Assembly: GCF_006345805.1 (NCBI RefSeq) | Contig: NC_043010.1 | Span: forward strand, 61,814,001-61,878,000 | DNA: 64,000 nucleotides | DNA from: Octopus sinensis | Lineage: Eukaryota | Direction: 5' to 3' | Shown: positions 23,479 to 37,036 of the stretch, in pieces | How positions within the stretch are numbered: the first letter of the stretch is position 1 | How the letters are laid out: each line of letters starts with the position of its first letter | The notes under the pieces: generated by a model | Database searches by the model: none | Told to the model about the DNA's origin: nothing | What the model saw: the letters and a program-made list of their open reading frames with translations, nothing else | Position numbers and translations under genes: made by a program

Positions 23479-23796
23479 GGCGTGTAGTGCAGTGGTTAGG
23501 GTATTCAGTTTATGATTTGTAAAGTGTTGAGATTGGTTTGTGGCATCTTGTTATGTCCTTGAGCAAGACACTTTGTTTCTCATTGCTCCAGTCCACTCAG
23601 CTGGCAAAAATAAGTTGTACCTGTATTTGGAAGAGCGAGCCCTGTCACATTCTGTGTCATGCAGAATCTCTCTGAGAACTATTCTAAGATTATGTGTGTC
23701 TGTGGAGCACTCAGCCACTTGCACGTTAATTCCATTAGCAGGCTGTTCTGTTGATTGGATGAACTGGAACCCTCGTCATCGTAACCAACGAAGTGC
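23479..23796 (+). mobile_element. SINE with CORE-like 5' half and family D 3' half
   Basis: gtccttgagcaagacacttt as in 4522-4815; 3' ...gaaccctcgtcatcgtaacc as in family D. Confidence 0.7.
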
Positions 23797-24253
23797 CTGA
23801 AAGTGTGTCTAAGATGTGACATATTTAAAGCAATAAGCAAAAACAAAACAATTAAAAATTACCCTTGTAATAAAGACAAAAAAAAATAATTGGCATTAAT
23901 AATTCTGAGCAAGAAAAACAAGGGAGACAATTCCGATATTCAAATTGATTAAAAATGTAGTGGTAGTAAACTGTTGGGAGTGATTATTACCTTCGGTAAA
24001 CACAGTGACATGTTTTAGTTATATTGAACCTCTTCAGGTTTTCACAGCCCTTTGCCAGCTCCTAGCTGACTGAGATATCAAACAGGGCCAATATGAAGCT
24101 GTTACAAGAAGCAATTCTTTAAGCAACATGACGTGCAGCTAACAGCAGTTACCCATCTCTGGTTCTCTCCAATACTACTACAGTTTGACTGCTGGTTTAG
24201 AAATTGCTCTAAGGTGAGGTCACATAACGCTTCTCAATAGAAGTTATGAGCAG

Positions 24254-24481
24254 GTGAGCTGGCAGAATCGTTAGCACGCCGGGCGAAATGCGTAGCCGTA
24301 TTTCGTCTGCTGTTATGTTCTGAGTTCAAAATTCCGCCGAGGTCGACTTTGCCTTTCATCCTATCGGAGTCGATAACTTAAGTACCAGTTACGCACTGGG
24401 GTCGATCTAATCGACTTAATCCGTCTGTCTGTCCTTGTTTGTCTCCTCTGTGTGTAGCCCCTTGTGGGCAGTAAATAAATA
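24254..24481 (+). mobile_element. SINE family C with 15-bp TSD
   Basis: TSD agaagttatgagcag at 24239-24253 and 24482-24496. Confidence 0.92.
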
Positions 24482-25088
24482 AGAAGTTATGAGCAGTTAA
24501 CTCCGTTTATGCATATTGTTAACAACCTCTGGTTAACTACTAATGTCATGGCCACTGCCCGTCTTTCAGGTTAACATAAACCTTACTTATCCATCTGACT
24601 TCAGCCTCGAAATACCTGTTAAGATAATTGGTCGTAGATACTGTCCAGGCTATTATGAAAAACGGGTCGTCAACCACATAATTCATAGCGATAAGATCAA
24701 CTTCTACTCTTTACTGAAAAAGCAGCTGACACACACACACGTACACGCACGTACACATACTTTCCGGACGTCCATCCACACGGCTGCCTACCCCAACCCA
24801 TATACATATACGTATTTCTAGGTATGTGTTAGAAGAGTACTGTGCATCTACCAAAGATGGTAAATTTTCTTTATAATAATGAATCCTATCCTTACCGTGA
24901 CATAATATGGTCCATAATTCACCGCAAATCTAACAATTACACATTTAAAAACGTTGAAGATATATTACATATAGAAATAATCTGAAGTTTTCTATACGTT
25001 ACAAATAGTCTCAGGCTTATTTACGTGTGTGTGAGAGAGCTCAGCTTTGTTTATACTCGGGCCAGAATCGTATGTTCAGTACAGTAAT

Positions 25089-25411
25089 GTCGTGGTACTC
25101 CGTCGGTTACGACGACGAGGGTTCCAGTCGGTCCTATCAACAGTACAGCAAGCTCGTGAAATTAACGTGCAAGTGGCTGAGCACTCCACAGACATGTAGC
25201 TCTCGTGGAGATTCAGCGTGACCACAGTGTGTGACAAGGCTGGCCCTTTAAAATACAGGTAATACAAGAAAGAGTGAAAGTTGTGCCGGAGCATCGTGGA
25301 GCTTTAGGTGTTCTCACTCAATAAACACTCACAATGCCCGGTCTGGGAATTGAAACCGCGATCCTACGACCGCGAGTCAGCTGTCCTAACCACTGGGCCA
25401 TTGCGCCTCCA
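25089..25411 (-). mobile_element. SINE family D with 12-bp TSD
   Basis: TSD cagtacagtaat at 25077-25088 and 25412-25423. Confidence 0.9.
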
Positions 25412-25553
25412 CAGTACAGTAATACATCAACAAATGTTGTAACGTAGAACCAACGATGAGCCCTGTGTAGCCATTCGTGATGCTAGAAAAAACAACCAAA
25501 TCTCTCACAAATCACATTCCATTAACATGGAAAAAAATTGTGTATACACACAC

Positions 25554-25597
<44 letters not shown>

Positions 25598-25664
25598 TAT
25601 AATATATATTATATATATATATATATATATATGGGGAGACGGAGAGACGCTCACATACGAACAA

Positions 25665-25718
<54 letters not shown>

Positions 25719-25984
25719 GTTCTAGGTTCCTTGTAAAATAGGGAAAAAATGGGATAATCACGGCCGGAATGCCTTCGTCATGCGCCTGTTCAACCAGACC
25801 TGACCTAGGGCTAAACAACAGCACAAGCACGAGGACTTCTGGCAAATGGTTAAATCACTACAAACTTCCGGAGAGTTATAAGAGATATTTTAGCAGATGG
25901 CGGTCAATTGGATACGGAAGGAATGCAGAGACGACGGGTCACTGGCCTTTCCCTCTACTCTGGCTTAACAATTATTCCTAATTT

Positions 25985-27320
25985 AGACACAAGCCGGCTC
26001 AGGTCAACTTTGCTTTTCATCCGTTCGGGGTCGATAAAATAAATACAGTAATCGGCTTGACCTCTGCCCTCAAAATTGCTGGCCTTGTACCAAAATTAGA
26101 AAGGATTAAAGGCACAAGGTGAATATTTTTGAAGGGAAGGGGCTGGTCGATATAATCGACTCCAGTGCTTGACTGATACTTGATTTTATCGATCTCAGCA
26201 TGTAAAAGGCCGTAACAAATGCTGTTAATGAAATTTCGTCAGAGGGGTAACGATCTTGCAAATCCACCGCCCCCACCCCTGCAACTAAATAGTTTTTAAA
26301 ATTAAGGGCACACAATTCAAGGGAGGGGGGGATAATCGATTACATCGACCCCAGTCCCAGGCTGGTACTTTATTTTACTGACCCCGAAAGAATGAGAGGC
26401 AAAGCTGACCTCAGTGGGACTTGAACTTAGAACACCTAAACAGACTAAATCCCTCTCTCCTCTACACTAAAAAAAATAAATTGTTGTATGTCAGAAAAAT
26501 GGCAAGTTACCGGCCAACTGGAGCACAGATATGATATTGTCATTTTCTTTCTTTTTTTCGCTTTGAAAAAAAAACAAAAACATGAACGACATTTCGTGAA
26601 AGTCTGATGCCATGCCAAGGTCGACTTTCCTTTCCGTTCCTCCTGGGTCGATAAAATAAAGTACCAATTATGTACTGGACGAGATCATTCAAACGGCTTT
26701 ACCAACCCCTCGCAGAAAACATTTAGAGTTTTGTGTTTATGTTTAGAAACTGGAATGCAACTTTTATTATTATTATTATTGTTGTTGTTGTTTTAGTTCT
26801 GTCCATTTAACATTCCGTGTTTAAATCCTTCTGAGGTCAACTTCGCCTTTCATCCTTTAATTGACTAATCGATTGGCCCTGCAATCGACTGATCGATTAA
26901 TGTACCAATCAGGTATTGGGGTCGATATAATCGATTAACTCCCTACCCACAAATTGCTGGTCTTGTGTCTAGATTAAGCACAATTATTAATTATCATTGA
27001 GTGAGAATTTCGATAGTTTTCGAGGGATGGCGGATACGTCATTCTTTCCCCTAAATTTCGTCTGTACATATGTTAGAAACCACCACCACCGCCGCCACTA
27101 ATACACAGGGTGGTAAATTGGTAGAATCGTTAGAGCATCGGAAAAAATGCCAAGCGGTATTTGTTTTAACTCTTTACATTCTGAGTTCAAATCTTACCGG
27201 GATCAGCTTTTGTCTTTCGTCTCTTCAGAATCAGTCCTGGGCTGATAGGATATATCGATGGAATCGACTAACCTCCTCCCGTTAGAATTGCCGGACTGGG
27301 GCCTAAATCAGACATCATTA
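25985..27320. mobile_element. Cluster of about six degenerate family C SINE fragments, both strands
   Basis: Repeated gactttgcctttcatcc, ggggtcgat and aagtacc motifs. Confidence 0.65.
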
Positions 27321-28756
27321 CTGTTATAGAACCGGAATACTATTTAATTATGCTCCATTCTATCCAGGGTTGCTAACATGAAGTACCAGTTGAGCATTGA
27401 GGTCACACAAAACCACCCGGTACCCAGTTAGAAAGTGTTATTATTATGAAGGTGGTAGTGGGGGTGTCCGGCAATAGTTTTGTCCCAGTTGAATCGTCCC
27501 CCGTTCCATAACCAAGTTGTTTGTGGATGAACGGGCCAAATCGAGACAAGTGAAATTTGAGGAACCTTTAACTGGTTGCTAAAAACGGCAGCCAAATCTC
27601 CCTAAACAGTACATCTTTAACGTCTTAAAAAATAAGAATGGTCCATAGAGACTCATTGAAAAATGGAAACCATGGGAAAAACTATGTTCAGGGGAAAATT
27701 TTTTTTTTTTTTCATGGCTGGAAAATCGGATCATACATAGGGCCGTCCTGGGGTTAAAATAATAACACTACGGCTTTGCGAAGGGGATACGGTCATTTGA
27801 GTTGCTAGAAACAGCAGCCAATTTCGCACTAAACTACACTGCTAAAGATATAAAGTTGTTCGCGGTATACAAAAAGACGGGATGGTCACGGCTGGAAGGG
27901 CTTGTTCTTAGTTCTACTGGATCAGCGCTGACATGAGGCTCATTAACAGCACTCAGCAATTTATTATAGAAACTGCCTCGACGAAAAAAAAAAATAATTC
28001 CTGGCAAAATTGTGAAGGAAGTGAGGATGGATACAGATGACTGAATCGATAAAGTAAATGATTGGTTTTATCGATGATGGAGGGACGAAAGGTATAATCG
28101 ATCAGCATATCGGGGAAAAAAAAAACAGCCTATAACTGTTCGAATCTTGATGGTGTCAGCGTAAAGGAAAAGAGGCACTCAAACATGAGTGGAGGGTAGG
28201 GTAAGAGTGGAGTGAGGTGCACTGACTTACGGCACAAACACCACCTCCCACCACTACCACCAACTTCCAGTGAGATAATTCCTTTCCTTCCCACCTCCCA
28301 CTCCCCTACTTCATGTTTGATAGCTACCGCCGCCGCCTCCCACCGCCACACAACCTCTTGTTTGATATTGCTTTCCTCCCCCTCCCCCCACCACCATCCC
28401 CCACATCTCCTCAAACGTTAACTCTCCTCTCCCCCCACCTCTCCACCGACCTCCTATGATGGCTCACCTCCTCCTCCCCCTTCTCCCCTTCACTTCAAAA
28501 GAGATAGCCTCCTCCTCCCCCCTCCCTCACCACCCTTACAACAATAGCTACGATGATTAATAACATAGTTAAAGGCAGAGAGGGAGGGCAGAGGGAGAGA
28601 GAGAGAGAGAGAAGCAGTGATTTTGTGATGTTCATGCATTTTCGTACGACAATGTTTAGTTACTTTAATTTAGATGTGTGAGAAAAAGAGAGAAGAAATC
28701 CACTTTCCGAGTTCAGTTCTGGGGCCGATGATTTAGTTTCGTCCAGAAGTCAAGAG

Positions 28757-28803
<47 letters not shown>

Positions 28804-29575
28804 TATATACATAGGGACCAGTCTATGATACTAGTACCTATATATATATACACACACATCTGTGCGTTGTACTTTCGGATGGTTATTTTGCCAATAAATC
28901 ATATAGAATTTTATGTGTGTGTATTTCCCAATGTTGTTCTACAAAAATACTTTACATATAAGAAAAATAAAGATAATTAAAACATCAGGATGTATCGAAA
29001 ATAAAGGGGGTAAATTTAGGGAGATACGAAAGAAGACATTTATAGGAGCCAAACGAACCAACAGTGAGATAGTAAGAAACGAAATAAGTCTTGGTAAATA
29101 ATAGAGAAGGGAAGAGGGGGTGCACTGAGTACGGTACGTGTACTCAGCGATGTGTGTGTGAGTGTGAGTGTGTATGGCATATTAAGAGAGACGTATGTGT
29201 GAGTAGAAGTGTGGGTGTGTATGCGAACGTGCTTGTGTAGATGTATGTATAGAAGCGGTGTTAAGTGTGCGCGAATGCCTGAGTGTACGTGTAAGAGGAG
29301 TGTGGGTGTGTATGTAAAGCTGAGTGTATGAATGTATAAGAGAACGGGAGGGTGTTACATGAGGTGTGTGTGTGTGTGTATATATATGTGTGTGTGTGTG
29401 AGCGGGGGGGAGGGCAGCAACAACAGTAAAACTCGGGAGAACATTGAAAAAAATTATCATCTCGATATAAATACGACGATCCAAAGTTGGAAGGGTCGTT
29501 ACACCCCCCTCCACATCTCACACGTACCGAAAAAAAAATTCTAATAGATTTAAGTGGGAGGATATATATAAATAA

Positions 29576-29610
<35 letters not shown>

Positions 29611-30943
29611 AATCAGTGTCCCCTGCACAAGTACTGCTGCACTTTTTTTGCATCCAACAATATGCACAACACTTACCTTTCACAGTGTGAGCCCAGCAAA
29701 TCGGAACCAATTGAGAATATTTTTGGAAACAAACCTTCAGGCACAGAAATTTTTTTTCCGACCGCGGGACAATGAAGGCGGTGTAGTAAAGTCACAAGTC
29801 CCTCCTCACATAAATACGATATTGTTGTTGTTTTTTTTTCTGTTAATGCCTCTCAGTTCTATGTCGTTTTAAAGCGTGATTTTTCCTCAGCATGTTTGTT
29901 TTTAAATCATTACTTTCCTCTTAATGAACAGAACGGTTTCAAACTGTTAATTATTCTTAATGTTTCTGCCCTTGTTTTCGTTTGTGAATTATTTCTTTTA
30001 ATAACTGAAATCTCTCTGAAACTGGGCTAAAATCTTTCCACGGCATCGCTTACCTCCCCTTTGTTTATATGCCCTCCCCATCTTGCCTTTGGCAATTGAC
30101 TCATCACAACTTAGTAGTGCAGCCAAGTGGAAAGTAAATTTGTCGAACAGAGTTCGAATACGACCGAAGCCGAAATCCTTTTTTCTTTCTTTCTTTCTTC
30201 TTTTTTATTTTTGCAATCACTTCTTTCTGGTGTCAAATGATTGGATATCTCTCTATTTTTTTTGTTTTCGTTTCTAAATTATCTTTTAAAAATCAAAATA
30301 ATAAATAATTTCTCCCGTCATAATGCCTATCGTTATAGCAATTAAACCCCTCTCACTGATATATACCCCAACTGTCTTTAAAAAAAAGAATGACGTCTTG
30401 GATATTTTAGTCCCTAATGAACTAACTGTACCTGAAAAGACGCGATGGTCATAGCTGGAACGTCTTTGATCCTAAGTCTATTCGATCAAGTTTGACCAGG
30501 AGTTAAACAACTTCGTCTCAGCAGTATTTTCAACGGTTATTTTCATACTGGATAATTGTTATTACTCATTTAATATAAATGTTTACGTTCTCGTTGTAGT
30601 CACATGGAGACGAGCCAACGGGCAACTCCTACGTGGTCACTCAATATGCTAGACATAGCAGCCAAATATCACTCGAGTCCCACTCTACCATCTTTAAAAG
30701 GGAGGAGACGATAAATAATGTTATCCTAGTTACACTATGGGGAGTGGGGGAGGGAAACCGGATGATTACTTGATCAGGCCTTACACGGGCCCAATCTAGG
30801 AAGCATGTATTTCAGTATATATTGTATGTATATGTGTGTGTGTATATATGTGTGCATGCATGCATGTACTAATAAATACACTTCACAATGCACACACCCG
30901 TGCAATTCGACGTTATATGTATATGTGTGTGCATGTATATGCA

Positions 30944-31007
<64 letters not shown>

Positions 31008-31008
31008 C

Positions 31009-31101
<93 letters not shown>

Positions 31102-31110
31102 AGATAGATA
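31008..31110. repeat. Compound (GATA)n/(GATT)n microsatellite after (TA)n
   Basis: Direct reading. Confidence 0.95.
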
Positions 31111-32809
31111 GAAGTCTATGTCTATGTATATATACACACATACATATTCTTCGGAATTGATTAAACTTTTCACTAGACTTTATTTCCAGGTGAAGTAAGC
31201 CCAATAACAGTATATTTCGTTTAAGATGGCCCTAAAAATGGAGAAAAAATAATGATAGAGGAAAGAGAAAACGTCCCGAATGGTGATGATGAGGGAGATG
31301 ATGGTGACGATGACGATTGTGATAATGATGACGATGATGATAATGAAGATGAGTCAAAACCCAATGAAATATTGTTTAACTTTGCGTTCTACGTATTTAA
31401 AAAAAAAAACATTATATCATTACTTTTCGTCGTCCAATACATAATACTAATAAACCCCCGCGAAATTATATGTCTGTCTAATTATCTTATTTGTCATCAT
31501 TATCTATCTCTGTGTTATCTCTCTTCCATCTAACTTATCATCCATTCCGTCTGTCTAATTATCTCTCAGCCTATCTATCTACCTCTCCCCCCCCTCTCTC
31601 TCTCCCTCCCAATCGTTCTTTGTCCCTCCCTCCCTCCCAATCTCTCTCTCTATCCCTCTCTCTCTACCGATCCCATTGAAATGACTAACTACGGGAAACA
31701 TCAAACGTCCTTTTTCTTCTTCTTCTTCTTCTTCTTCTTCTTCTTTTTCTTCTTCCTTCTTCCTTCCTACCTATTTCTTCACCTTCCTCTTTTTATCTCC
31801 ATGTTCATGATGATTATGATCATCATCATCATCATCATCATCATCGTTATTATTAAGATCATATTATTTGTCATCATCATCATCATCATCATCATAATCA
31901 TTATAAGGCTAAAAATATAACCTAGATAATAAATAATAAATATTATCATTTATCTAGGTTATATTTCTTACAATATATTTTTCACAATGTCGCTAACATG
32001 TAAACGTTGTGTTCAACAATCCGAGTAAATATTTCACCTTCTCATTCATACGCATTAATGTGTGTGTGTGTGCGTAGATTTAACTGTGTATGTGTGTTTG
32101 TGTGTGTGTGTCTGCATACGTGAATATGCGTATGTGTGTATGCTTGTATGTGTGTGTCTGTGCGAGGGAGAAAACTTCCACTCAGCTTTCTATGAGGTTT
32201 CCCTCAAACATTATTCATCTCCTTACGGAACAGCCTCTCTCCCTCCCCCCGCTACATCTCTTATCATACTTTCACTAAACGACTGTACGGAAGTGAGACG
32301 TGGAGAAGGTGGGGGTGGGAGAGACAGAATGTGTACGTGAGGGGTGGGACGAGGTTGGATAAAAACGGGAGAAGGAGAACTCAATAGGAAATGCTGAGCA
32401 TATCTTGTTATAGCTCTTGTGTATTATCTGAGCTTACTGCAATAGTGACACAAGGACCGGCAGTTTCGTGAAGAACACTAGCTACTAAGTTCAGTAAACA
32501 AGATATATGTGTGTGTGTGTGTGTGTGTGCGTATGTGTGTGTGTGTGTGTGCATACATATATGTATGGTGCAAAACTCTGAGTTGGGAGGGAGTAAATCA
32601 TCAGCTGTTTCCTAATAAACAAACTCTACTAGTGTACTGGGTGCTACATATATACATACATATGTATATGCACCTACGTATATATACAAACATATATTAT
32701 ACATATATGTATGTGTATGCATATATATATATGTACATATATATATGGATATATATGGATATATATATGTATATATACATATGTATGTATGTGTATATAT
32801 ATATATACA

Positions 32810-32951
32810 CTTAGCGGTTCGGCAAAAAGAGACCGATAGAATAAGTACTGGGCTTACGAAAAGAATAAGTCTCGGGGTCGAGTTGCTCGACTAAAGGCGG
32901 TGCTCCAGCATGGCCGCAGTCAAATGACTGAAACAAGTAAAAGAGAAAAGA
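32810..32951 (+). mobile_element. 3' half of SINE family A/B (5'-truncated)
   Basis: Match to 2875-3016. Confidence 0.85.
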
Positions 32952-34294
32952 GAAATATATATATATACATACATACACACATAGAAAGAAAGAGAGGAGG
33001 AAAAGAATTAAAATGCGAAACAGAAAATATAATAGAGGGGAAGAAGGGGGGGGGGCATCGTCAGCTATCTCACTCAACATTTCTCTCTACACACACATAC
33101 GTATGCACGCACTATAACATACACACATATAAGCATACATACATGCATACGTACATGTATGTATGTATGTATGTGTGTATGTATGTATGTATGTATGTAT
33201 GTATGAGAGAGAGTCAGTGAGATAAAGTGTGCAGGAGACATCTTAAGAGACAACTGAAGACAGAGGGTGAGGTGAATGAGGATTCTTAACGAAAGCTCCA
33301 TATTTTTTTTCATTTATTTATTGTTGGAACCGACAGGGGAACCAATAAAAGTACACCATATTTTTTTTTCTGTCTCCGGTATCACCACCACCACCACAAC
33401 CACCTCCGCTATTATCACCAATCTAATGTGGTCGCTCGATTTGCTAGAGATGGCAGCCAAAAATTTCCTCCAAATCACTCACTACGCATTAAAAAAATTA
33501 AGAACACGAAAAAAAATATATATATACATTATGAGTGTGTATGTGCGTGTATATATATATGTACATGCATACACACTATATCTATGTACACACACACACA
33601 CACACACACACCGCCACCACCACACCACCACCGCCACCACCATCACTACTACAATCACCAATGCCACCATCTCCTCCACCACCACCACCACCACTATAAC
33701 CATCACGACTCCCACTACCACCACCACCTCCACCGTCATCACCCGACGCCAATGCTCCCTCCTCCTCCTCCCTTCGTCGTCCCATCTCCAGCTCACGTGC
33801 GATCGTCTGTCTCAATAAGCACAAACATGGTTTAAATGTTTCAAATAGTTATACTTAACAATCACCTCCTCCTCCTTCTCCTCTTCTTTATCGTCTCTCG
33901 TCACATCCTCCTCCCCCTCCTCCGCCTCCACTTTCGCGTTTATTTCTTCACCTCTTACTATTGCTCGCCTTTCATATAGTGTTTCCCCCTCATCCTTTCA
34001 CTTAATCTAATCTCTTCCTCTTACCCAACCACCACTAATCTCCCTCCCCCCTTTTTTTATCTCTTTCTCTCTCTCTCTCTCACTATCATATATCTATCAT
34101 TTTAAGCCCCGATTAATTAGTTGACGAGCTGTATTTTTAATTAGTCCTGCTGCCTCTCCGAAGACTGGGTTTTGGGATATTCGCCAGTTCCAAATAACTG
34201 ACATTACATTTTAAAGAACTCCTACGTGATCGTAAGAAATAGTAAGAAATAGCAGCTAAATCACTCTCAAACACACGTTTTCGAGTTAAGATTG

Positions 34295-34695
34295 AATAGT
34301 CTATTCTGCTCTAGGCACAAGGCCCGAAGTTTTGGGGGAGGGGACCAGTCGATTAGATCGACCCAGTACGCAACTGGTACTTAATTTATCGACCATGAAA
34401 GGATGAAAGGCAAAGTTGACCTCGGCAGAATTTGAACTCAGAACGTAAAGACAGACGAAATATCTATTTCTTTACTACCCACAAGGGGCTAAACACAGAG
34501 AGGACAAACAAGGACTGACAAACGGATTAAGTCGATTATATCGACCCCAGTGTGTAACTGGTACTTAATTTATCGACCCCGAAAGGATGAAAGGCAAAGT
34601 CGACTTCGGCGGAATTTGAACTCAGAACGTAGCGGCAGACGAAATACCGCTAAGCATTTCGTCCGTCATGCTAACGTTTCTGCCAGCTCGCCACC
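34295..34695 (-). mobile_element. Dimeric SINE family C
   Basis: Same junction as 14549-14934 (aaagaaata|gatatttcgtc). Confidence 0.85.
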
Positions 34696-34872
34696 CTAGT
34701 CGGATTGAAGTGTATGATCTTTCAGTGTTCCTGAAAGAAAATCAAGATGAGACGGTCGTGGGTGGAATGTGTTTAATAATAGGTCTGATGGATCATGGCT
34801 AGCCTGTTGCTAAATAACATCGTTTGCGTGTTGCAAGTGAGAGGAGTCAAAAGAAAGTGCAAACTTTTTTAA

Positions 34873-35247
34873 CCAGGGCCGTCTTAACAGCATTATATCC
34901 CCACGTCACCAGGGCAAAGTAATGCACTGGGACCCCTTACCTACACGACCTATAAAATTCATATTGGGTGCTCAGACCAGTAGAACCTCGTCACTGGCTC
35001 GGGAATGAAATTTGCTTAGTGAGTACAAACCCAGGTCCAAATTTTTTTTACAATGTTTTATTGTTTATTTTCTTGCTTTTTACAGGTCACTTTTTATGCA
35101 GTTTTCTAAACCGAGAAAAGTAAGTTTGGGTACAAAATTTAATTTTGTAACCACCAGAAATTTTAGGAAGTGCGCTTGCACCCACTGTTCCAGGGCCCAT
35201 GACCCATTACAACTGCCCAGTATGTTCATGGCTTTGATAGCACCGCA
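34873..35247. mobile_element. Possible hAT-like MITE remnant
   Basis: Begins cagggccgtcttaa; the right end gcccagtatgttcatggctttgatagcaccgc is only a weak inverted match. Confidence 0.3.
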
Positions 35248-35633
35248 GTTGACAACAATTAGATAAACGGATCTCGAGTATAGTTCGACCAGCAGAAGTA
35301 ATCCCGTGTTTTTTCAGCTTCGTCAAAAAGGGAACGACAACTTTTATGACACTCTTTTGTTCGGGTCTTCAAGACTGGTTTTAAAAGAAGTTATCCTTAA
35401 TCCTGAGACATGGCCCGGATGCTAACTAGAGAATAGATTCCGCTGATGGTAACCAAGAACCAGATGGTGATGTTAAATAAGGTGACAGCAGAGCGGATTC
35501 TATGAAAAGTACCCAAAGAGTAGAAGATGGTGTTAAACTGGACGACAACAGAGAGGACTCTTCTAAATATATTCAGGGACCAAGTGGTGGTGTTAAACTA
35601 GGTGGACTCTGTTAATGGTACCCAAGCACTAGA

Positions 35634-35865
35634 AGGCGGCGAGCTGGCAGAATCATTAGCATGCCAGGTGAAATTGTAGCCGTATTTCGTCTGCCGCTAC
35701 GTTCTGAGTTCAAATTCCGCCGAGATCGACTTTGCCTTTCATCCTTTCGGGGTCGATAAATTAAGTACCAGTTACGCACTGGAGGTCGATATAATCGACT
35801 TAATCCGTTTGTCTGTCCTTGTTTGTCCTCTCTGTGTTTAGTCCCTTGTGGGTAGTAAAGAAATA
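35634..35865 (+). mobile_element. SINE family C with 17-bp TSD
   Basis: ggtacccaagcac(t/c)aga at 35617-35633 and 35866-35882. Confidence 0.92.
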
Positions 35866-35926
35866 GGTACCCAAGCACCAGATGGTGACGCTAAACTAGA
35901 TAACAACAGAGAGGACTGTGCTAAAT

Positions 35927-36138
35927 GGGGTGCAGGAAATTTCGCCATTAATATTTTTGCTGTAGGAAAATTCGCCATAAGAAATTTTTACCTCATGTTT
36001 TCTTTTTTAATGTTTGACATTCAATAAAGACTGAATGCTTTTATAAAACCTTTCATTATTCTTCGCTTATTTAATTTTTAAAACATGATTTATCAATGTC
36101 CATACGGCAAATTTGTCTGAGGCGAATTTTCCAGATAC
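35927..36138. mobile_element. MITE-like insert, 212 bp
   Basis: Imperfect TIR ggaaa(t/a)ttcgcc / ggcgaattttcc; flanking 9-bp near-duplication gtgctaaat / gtactaaat. Confidence 0.55.
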
Positions 36139-36638
36139 GTACTAAATCTACCCAAAGACCAGGATGTGGTGTCAAACTGGATGATAACAGTGGACTCTAC
36201 TAAAGGTACTTAGGGACTAGATGCTGAAATTAAACTGGATGACAGATTAAATCGATACTGAAGAACTCTCAGAACGCAACAGCTGAAGCAAAACATCCTC
36301 AGGGTCTGTTTCTCTCTACGCTTGAACTGTTCTATTGTTGTGCTGCCATGGATTGGTGGCTATTCATTGTATTACCAGAGTGTTTCACGGTCACATGGCT
36401 GGTAACTTTAGAAGTATATTCTTTCCACCATGGCACAGGCGTGGCTGTGTGGTAAGAAGTTTGCTTCCTAACAACATGGTTTCGGGTTCAGTCCCACTGC
36501 ATGGAACCGAGGGTAAGTGTCTTCTACTATAGTCATAGGCTGATCAAAGTCTTGTGAGTGGATTTTGTAGACGGAAACTGAAAGAAGCCAATCATATGTG
36601 TGTGTGTGTGTGTGTTTGTTTGTGTGTGTATGTATGTA

Positions 36639-36728
<90 letters not shown>

Positions 36729-37036
36729 TTAATCAAAGGACATACTAAGTATGCCTACCTGCTTGAAATAACAGTCAAAACTCTTATCAAATCATCAAAA
36801 ATACACTGATGAAAACTACAGAAATCAAACGAAGGCAAAATCAGGTTAAGACAATCTACTAACACAGATTTAAGTATCTGGACCCACGTGGACCGGTTTC
36901 TGCACTGGTAAAATAAATCTTAGCTTCTTCAGCACGCGTTACCATGTTTAGAGACTCCCAATCCATCGTCTTGAAGTCCGTGCCACAACTGATTCGTTTC
37001 GCGAGATTATTTTACACTGGTGGCTGCTATGATTTC

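Larger units (their letters stand above)
35410..36245 (+). repeat. Degenerate 60-bp minisatellite interrupted by a SINE and a MITE-like insert
   Basis: Units start at 35448, 35508, 35568 and 35617, with two more after 36147. Confidence 0.8.

Noticed and set aside
33276-33835. Poly-Thr/His ORFs (also 38200..38896, 38915..39418, 55593..56220, 61267..62144)
   Set aside because: All derive from (CAC)n, (TA)n, (TG)n or (TATG)n microsatellites.
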